NCBI GenBank assembly: GCA_021650915.1
Contig: CP091279.1
Location: 3,630,001-3,662,000, forward strand
Direction of reading: 5' to 3'
Source: Candidatus Brocadia sp.
GTDB taxonomy: Bacteria > Planctomycetota > Brocadiia > Brocadiales > Brocadiaceae
DNA: 32,000 nucleotides
Shown here: positions 27,208 through 32,000 of the stretch, one piece after another
How the letters are laid out: each line of letters starts with the position of its first letter
Position numbering within the stretch: the first letter of the stretch is position 1
Made by a program: the position numbers and the translations under genes
The notes under the pieces: generated by a model
Databases searched by the model: none
What the model saw: the letters and a program-made list of their open reading frames with translations, nothing else
Told to the model about the DNA's origin: nothing

Positions 27208-27436
27208 GTTTTTCTTTTCTAACCTCTTCTATAGCATGGGAAATATCAGATTCTATTTCTTCCGGGGTGTATTGCTTCGTTGTTATATGTATTTTCCCAA
27301 TAATGCGATTAAAGCGGTTCTGCCAGTCATCAAGAGAGATGATCTTGATTGCAACCTTTTCATGCTCTTTGACCTCAATGTGCTGCAGTGGCTTAAAAAC
27401 ACCATTTTCAAAGATAGCATCTATTACTTTAGACAT
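27197..27436 (-). CDS. DUF104/AF2212-like antitoxin
   Basis: MSKVIDAIFENGVFKPLQHIEVKEHEKVAIKI is the signature N-terminus of DUF104 antitoxins paired with PIN toxins. The track ORF starts 25 codons earlier (27511). Confidence 0.75.
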   Translation of the reverse strand: MSKVIDAIFENGVFKPLQHIEVKEHEKVAIKIISLDDWQNRFNRIIGKIHITTKQYTPEEIESDISHAIEEVRKEKRGR

Positions 27437-27548
27437 AATTTTGTAACCCCGATATTTGAATATAAATCTTTGTAAGATTTTACTTGTAATGCATGAGGTG
27501 TTTTTTGTCAAGAAATATTTGTTGCAGCAAGGTAAGGGTAAGCATTAT

Positions 27549-27635
27549 CCAACCCGAACGAGTCGGAAAAGCGAGTCAACCCTGTCAGGGTTATGTCTAT
27601 TCACATTTTTGCCAATAATGTCAAAGTATTTTTTA
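27549..27635. repeat. 87-bp direct repeat, copy 2 (upstream of the antitoxin gene)
   Basis: Direct-repeat partner of 26657-26743. The palindrome AACCCTGTCAGGGTT is at 27578-27592. Confidence 0.8.
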
Positions 27636-27944
27636 TGAAACACTCATTCCTGATTTTGATTTGTTCTCTGTATTATAGTATTACTCTGCAAAAACTTCCT
27701 TTTTCTGTAATCTTTTCTTTGTGATCTTTGTGTAAAACTTTGCGTTCTTTGTGGTTGAACTTTTTTGGTTGCGGCTGTGCTGCGTTATGCGATAATTATC
27801 CATGCATCAACAATACACTGGTGACTACATACTCGTCTGCAAAAAATGCTAACTGCCACGATATTAAACACTTATTTGTTTTGCTTGAGGTGAGCGTCCA
27901 TTAATGAACCGAAAGGTTCGGGGATGGTCTCTGTTAGTTTTTTG

Positions 27945-27972
27945 TTGCAAAATAATTATTTCAAGGTATAAT
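27945..27972 (+). promoter_or_regulatory. Near-consensus sigma70-type promoter
   Basis: TTGCAA (27945-50), a 16-nt spacer, then TATAAT (27967-72). It lies about 45 nt upstream of the GEMM-like aptamer. Confidence 0.55.
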
Positions 27973-28017
27973 GATCGAGCGTTCTTTTTTATTAAGAACC
28001 TACGATGGATAGCTTGA

Positions 28018-28100
28018 TAAAGGCAAACCCTGAGCAATCAGGGGACGCAAAGGAAAGGGTCTTCCCCTGTACAGGGTAGTAGAGGGGTAAAATAACAGGT
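28018..28100 (+). promoter_or_regulatory. GEMM-I (c-di-GMP-I)-like riboswitch aptamer candidate, copy B
   Basis: AAAGGCAAA-CCCTGA-GCAA-TCAGGG-GACGCAAAGGAAAGGGTCTT. The architecture is the same as copy A. The innermost stem pair is A-T here and G-T in copy A. Confidence 0.5.
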
Positions 28101-28137
28101 TGTTACGTATACGGAAATACGGGTAGCACAAAAAGAT

Positions 28138-28191
28138 AGCCTTACTGCCAAAAAATATTTATATAAATCTTTGGCAGTAAGGCTTTTTTTT
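28138..28191 (+). terminator. Intrinsic terminator / expression platform of leader RNA copy B
   Basis: AGCCTTACTGCC, a 22-nt AT-rich loop, GGCAGTAAGGCT, then T8. Confidence 0.7.
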
Positions 28192-28214
28192 GGCTTTTTG
28201 GTGAAATTCATTTT

Positions 28215-28707
28215 GTGATAACAATTTATGCTCCACAGGCTCGCAGTTTGTGATTTATAGTAGTTCAACACGGACAAACAGAGTTTGTCCATGCCACCTT
28301 ATTATCAATTTATACTCGAAGGGTTCATAAACAATGATTTCTAACATTTCACATAACTTTTGTTCACATAAATGGTTAAAGTGTTTCAAAAATCACATTT
28401 TGTGAACTCCCCGAGTATAAAATTCATATTTTATGAGCATCTTGAGTATAGTTTTTTTTAAAATCCCGAAGGGATGACATGATTATAGAAAAAACACACC
28501 ACCCTATTTAACCCCGTAAGGGGTGAAATATCGGGAAAATAGCGATACTATGCCACCCCTACGGGGTTGACCATAATTGCATAACCATGTGCTATAATCA
28601 TGACATCCCTTCGGGATTACAGAAGCACTATTTTGTTTATGCGTAGTGATGGTGAGTGAAAGTACGCTGAATAGTTACGAGAATTTTTCAAAAAGCTAAA
28701 TTGTTAC
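28215..28707. repeat. Composite nested hairpin-repeat block R, the inverted partner of 25328-25610
   Basis: It contains the reverse complements of the L-block modules. The long hairpin arms are 28463-28489 and 28592-28618 (AATCCCGAAGGGATGACATGATTATAG / CTATAATCATGACATCCCTTCGGGATT). An inserted palindromic element lies at about 28309-28450. TACGCTGAATAGTTAC (28663-28678) is identical to the IS66 end. Confidence 0.75.
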
Positions 28708-28800
28708 ATTTCGTGAAAGAGGGGCAATTGCAACAAAAGGTGGACATGGAAATGGCTGAATATCAAATTTTTTATTTTAGAGAAGAGGAGGAAATGACGT

Positions 28801-31800
28801 ATGACGATTAATAAAAAGTCTCGAACAACACCATCGCTGTTGAGCGCCATGGTGTTCATATGTGCGGTTTTTATGGTGACCTTATGCGGGACAGGAGTTA
28901 CCTATGGACTTACCCATAGCAGTAATATTACCAGTGATGAGACGTGGTATACCGCTGACAACCCCCATATCGTTACAGGAGGCATACACGTATACAACAA
29001 TGCTACATTAAAGATAGAGGCCGGGTGTCAGGTAAGGTTTGATCCAGGAGCAGTCCTTTACTTCGGGTATTACAGCGGGGCTGCCCTGAACGCCACGGGT
29101 ACAAGCCTTAATCCCATCACCTTTACCTCAAACGCGGCGACCCCTGCGCCCAATGACTGGGATGGAATCGTCTTTTTCAACTCCACAGATGACGCCTCAA
29201 CGATTATGGACTATTGCACGGTGGAATACGGCGGGTATAGCGCTTATCAATCCAACATCTATTGCAACACCGCATCGCCTACCATCCAGAATTGCACCAT
29301 CCGGCACTCTGGCGAGTATGGGATATATTGTGACAACTATTCAGCCCCTACGTTAATCAACAATACGATAAGCAATAATGGCTGGTTCCCGATAACTTTA
29401 AATTGCAACAATCTGGACACCCATGTGGCGGGCAACACGGGGAGCGGCAACGGAACGGATGCCATTGAGGTGCGGGGCGGAGGTATTACCTCGAGCCATA
29501 CCTGGGTTCCGCAGGATTTCAACTTTACTGTAACGGATAGTATACATGTGTACAATGATGCCATTTTGACGATAAACCCCGGATGTCTTGTGAAATTTCG
29601 TCAAGGGACAGGGCTTTACATCGGGTATTACAGCGGGGCAACCTTGAATGCCACGGGTACAAGCCTTAATCCCATCACCTTTACCTCAGGTGTAGCAACC
29701 CCTGCGCCTGATGACTGGGAGGGAATCGTTTTTTTCAACTCCACAGTTGACGCCTCAACGATTATGGACTATTGCACCGTGGAATACGGCGGGTTTAGGA
29801 GTTATCATTCCAACATCAATTGTAATAATTCCTCGCCAACCATCCAGAATTGCACCATACGTTATTCTGACGAGTATGGGATATATTGTGACGACGCTTC
29901 AGCCCCTACGTTAACCAACAATACGATAAGCAATAATGGCGCCTTCCCGATAAGCTTGTTCTGCAACCTGCTGGATACCAATGTGACGGGGAATACGGGG
30001 AGCAGCAACGGAACGAATGCCATTGAGGTGCGGGGCGGAGGTATTACCTTAAGCCGCACCTGGGTTCCGCAAGACTTCTACTTCAATGTAACGGGGAGTG
30101 GTATCCATGTATTTAGCGACGCCATATTGACAATAAACCCGGGGTCTCTGGTAAAGTTTAACGCTATGACAGGCCTTTACATCGGGTATTACAGCGCTGC
30201 TACCTTGATCGCCGATGGCACGAGCGGCAATCCCATTACCTTTACCTCAAATGGGGCAACTCCTGCGCCTGGTGGCTGGGAGGGAATCGTTTTTTACAAC
30301 TCCACAGATGACGCCTCAACGATTTTGGACTATTGCACCGTGGAATACGGCGGGTATGACACTTTCAATTCCAACATCAATTGCGACCAGGCTTCGCCTA
30401 CCATCCAGAATTGCACCATACGGCACTCTGACGGGTATGGGATATATTGTGATAACGGCGCAGCCCCTACGCTTACAAACAATACGATAAGCAACAATGG
30501 ATTATTCCCCATAAGCGAGTTCTGCAACACGCTGGACAGCAATGTGACTGGGAATACGGGGATCGGCAACACGCCAAACGCCATTGAGGTGCGGGGCGGG
30601 AATATAACGTTAAGTCATACCTGGGTTCCGCAAGACTTCTACTTCAATGTAACGGGGAGTGGTATCCATGTATTTAGCGACGCCATATTGACAATAAACC
30701 CGGGGTCTCTGGTAAAGTTTAACGCTATGACAGGCCTTTACATCGGGTATTACAGCGCTGCTACCTTGATCGCCGATGGCACGAGCGGCAATCCCATTAC
30801 CTTTACCTCAAATGGGGCAACTCCTGCGCCTGGTGACTGGGAGGGAATCGTTTTTTACAACTCCACAGATGACGCCTCAACGATTTTGGACTATTGCACC
30901 GTGGAATACGGCGGGTATGACACTTATAATTCCAACATCAACTGCAATCAGGCTTCGCCTACCATTCAGCGTTGTCTCATAAGAAATTCGGATGGCTATG
31001 GAATTCATACAACGGGTAGCGGCGCACAGCCATTGATTTCTTGTTCAACGATAACGGACAACACACATGGCGTCTATGTAGCTAGTGGTAATCCAACCAT
31101 AGAAAATTGCAGCATTGCAGGCAATACAAGTTACGGAGTTTTCACTAATACATTCATTTATGCAGAAAACAACTGGTGGGGTAATGCCAGCGGTCCATCC
31201 GGCGTTGGACCAGGCTCTGGCGATGCCGTCAGCAGCGATGTGGACTATACCCCATGGTTAAGCGCGTATAACAGTTGTCTTGAGACGATTGTTTTAAGCC
31301 CGTCATCTGAGACGAATCTTATCGGCACCCAGCATACCGTTACTGCGACCGTGACAGATGATGCTTCTGACCCAATGGAGGGTATCGTGTTATTTTTTTA
31401 CATTACCTCTGGCCCACACGCAGGGCTAAATAGTAATGTTACAACGGATTCAAATGGTCAGGCGACGTTTACCTACACGGGGACGCTGGAAGGCACGGAC
31501 ATAATTGAGGCGAGTTTTACCGATTTTCACGGGCGGACCATAACATCAGGTCCGGTCACAAAGACGTGGGAATCGTTACCACCGACTCCAACGCCAACGC
31601 CTTCACCAACGCCGACACCGGAGCCAACACCAAGTCCAACACCGTCTCCAACACCGGAGCCAACACCGAGTCCAACCCCAAGTCCAACTCCGTCTCCGAC
31701 ACCAAGTCCGACCCCGACCCCTGCAGCATGTCCTTGTCCGGACGCAGAGGCATGCTATTCCTTTGACGAAGGGAATGGGAATGTGGCTGGCGACTCGTCG

Positions 31801-32000
31801 GGCAATGGTCATAACGGCGCAATCGCTGGCGCAAGCTGGACCATCGGAAATGACGGCAGTGGTCTGAGTTTTGACGGGGTTGACGATGAGGTATCAATTC
31901 CGGTCCTGAACAGCGAGGAAGTCTCCTTCAGCGCATGGTTCTATAAGAATGCGAATAATCCGTTGAGATATAGTTTCATCTTCGACGGAATCAGGACGCA
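28801..32000 (+). CDS. Large secreted/surface protein: signal peptide, tandem right-handed parallel beta-helix modules, Ig-like domain, PT-rich linker, LamG/concanavalin-like domain. The 3' end lies beyond the window.
   Basis: Absent from the ORF track (no stop in the window). ATG 28801 lies 8 nt after GAGGAGGA. My translation begins [32 protein letters not shown]. Repeats of ...[39 protein letters not shown]...[24 protein letters not shown]...[16 protein letters not shown] follow. Then come [11 protein letters not shown], an Ig-like segment ([22 protein letters not shown]...ATFTYTG), the (TPSPTPEP)n linker, and [30 protein letters not shown]...[14 protein letters not shown]. Confidence 0.85.
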   Translation, partial: MTINKKSRTTPSLLSAMVFICAVFMVTLCGTGVTYGLTHSSNITSDETWYTADNPHIVTGGIHVYNNATLKIEAGCQVRFDPGAVLYFGYYSGAALNATGTSLNPITFTSNAATPAPNDWDGIVFFNSTDDASTIMDYCTVEYGGYSAYQSNIYCNTASPTIQNCTIRHSGEYGIYCDNYSAPTLINNTISNNGWFPITLNCNNLDTHVAGNTGSGNGTDAIEVRGGGITSSHTWVPQDFNFTVTDSIHVYNDAILTINPGCLVKFRQGTGLYIGYYSGATLNATGTSLNPITFTSGVATPAPDDWEGIVFFNSTVDASTIMDYCTVEYGGFRSYHSNINCNNSSPTIQNCTIRYSDEYGIYCDDASAPTLTNNTISNNGAFPISLFCNLLDTNVTGNTGSSNGTNAIEVRGGGITLSRTWVPQDFYFNVTGSGIHVFSDAILTINPGSLVKFNAMTGLYIGYYSAATLIADGTSGNPITFTSNGATPAPGGWEGIVFYNSTDDASTILDYCTVEYGGYDTFNSNINCDQASPTIQNCTIRHSDGYGIYCDNGAAPTLTNNTISNNGLFPISEFCNTLDSNVTGNTGIGNTPNAIEVRGGNITLSHTWVPQDFYFNVTGSGIHVFSDAILTINPGSLVKFNAMTGLYIGYYSAATLIADGTSGNPITFTSNGATPAPGDWEGIVFYNSTDDASTILDYCTVEYGGYDTYNSNINCNQASPTIQRCLIRNSDGYGIHTTGSGAQPLISCSTITDNTHGVYVASGNPTIENCSIAGNTSYGVFTNTFIYAENNWWGNASGPSGVGPGSGDAVSSDVDYTPWLSAYNSCLETIVLSPSSETNLIGTQHTVTATVTDDASDPMEGIVLFFYITSGPHAGLNSNVTTDSNGQATFTYTGTLEGTDIIEASFTDFHGRTITSGPVTKTWESLPPTPTPTPSPTPTPEPTPSPTPSPTPEPTPSPTPSPTPSPTPSPTPTPAACPCPDAEACYSFDEGNGNVAGDSSGNGHNGAIAGASWTIGNDGSGLSFDGVDDEVSIPVLNSEEVSFSAWFYKNANNPLRYSFIFDGIRT
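28984..31000 (+). repeat. In-frame tandem repeat, period 558/561/561 bp, about 3.6 copies
   Basis: Unit starts (the IHV... codon) are at 28984, 29542, 30103 and 30664. Copies 3 and 4 are almost identical over about 340 bp (30058-30400 versus 30619-30961). Confidence 0.9.
31579..31722 (+). repeat. Pro/Thr/Ser-rich linker encoded by short degenerate tandem repeats
   Basis: [48 protein letters not shown], encoded by reiterated CCAACACCGAGTCCA-type units. Confidence 0.9.

Noticed and set aside
26777-27475. 232-aa plus-strand ORF across the TA module
   Set aside because: It is antisense to the PIN and DUF104 genes, both of which have clear signatures and the typical 11-nt overlap.
29153-30982. 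Repeated about 67-91-aa ORFs (MTGMESSF..., [12 protein letters not shown]...) and minus-strand ORFs in the repeat array, plus 31556-31897
   Set aside because: They are off-frame by-products of the tandem repeat and of the PT-linker codons. The frame starting at 28801 is open throughout and encodes coherent beta-helix modules.
28984-31000. Possibility that the periodic repeats are a CRISPR array or a DGR template/variable repeat pair
   Set aside because: The period is 561 bp and in-frame coding, with no short repeat/spacer organisation. Differences between the near-identical copies are not restricted to adenines, and no reverse transcriptase is present in the window.
28900-31000. Very high density of N-x-S/T sequons (NAT, NST, NCT, NNT, NGT, NVT) as evidence for N-glycosylation
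   Set aside because: Asn/Thr ladders are an intrinsic structural feature of parallel beta-helix turns, so the sequon density is explained without invoking glycosylation.
1-32000. Scan for tRNA, rRNA, tmRNA-like T-arm (GGTTCGAATCC-type) sequences and for short regularly spaced repeats
   Set aside because: No convincing T-loop or acceptor architecture was seen, and no CRISPR-like spacing. Visual scanning is insensitive, so tRNAscan-SE or Infernal should confirm.

Overview
This 32-kb bacterial window is about 42-45% GC. It mixes housekeeping genes with an accessory region rich in IS elements and repeats. I saw no rRNA, tRNA or CRISPR array.

Gene content, left to right:
- Minus-strand run: small basic ORF, WrbA, B12-binding radical SAM enzyme, type III PKS (runs off the window start). 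It is preceded by a GEMM-I (c-di-GMP-I)-like leader RNA with an intrinsic terminator.
- Ste24-like M48 protease.
- FMN-binding-domain/ApbE fusion, translationally coupled to a 4-TM protein.
- A lipoprotein, then pssA, then a 515-aa orphan protein.
- Truncated DUF72 gene abutting an IS630-family element.
- Decayed type I R-M operon. hsdM is split by an IS66-family element with 14-bp TIRs and an 8-bp TSD, and excising the element in silico restores the frame. The yhcG/DUF1016 gene carries an internal deletion, hsdS is reduced to a stub, and hsdR is absent.
- AT-rich gene-poor spacer, then accA.
- udg and nrnA on the minus strand.
- A single-polypeptide NfnA-NfnB fusion, then thiS, thiG and hisF.
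- PIN/DUF104 toxin-antitoxin pair bracketed by 87-bp direct repeats.
- A second GEMM-I-like leader with a near-consensus promoter and a terminator.
- A large secreted parallel beta-helix protein with about 3.6 tandem 561-bp repeats, an Ig-like domain, a PT linker and a LamG-like domain. It runs off the window end.

Several families of nested hairpin/MITE-like repeats fill the intergenic regions. One carries a 16-nt match to the IS66 terminus.

The most interesting candidate is the pair of paralogous c-di-GMP-riboswitch-like leaders. One sits ahead of the radical-SAM/type III PKS gene run and the other ahead of the beta-helix surface protein. All calls come from reading the sequence by eye and from remembered family motifs. 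No searches were run.
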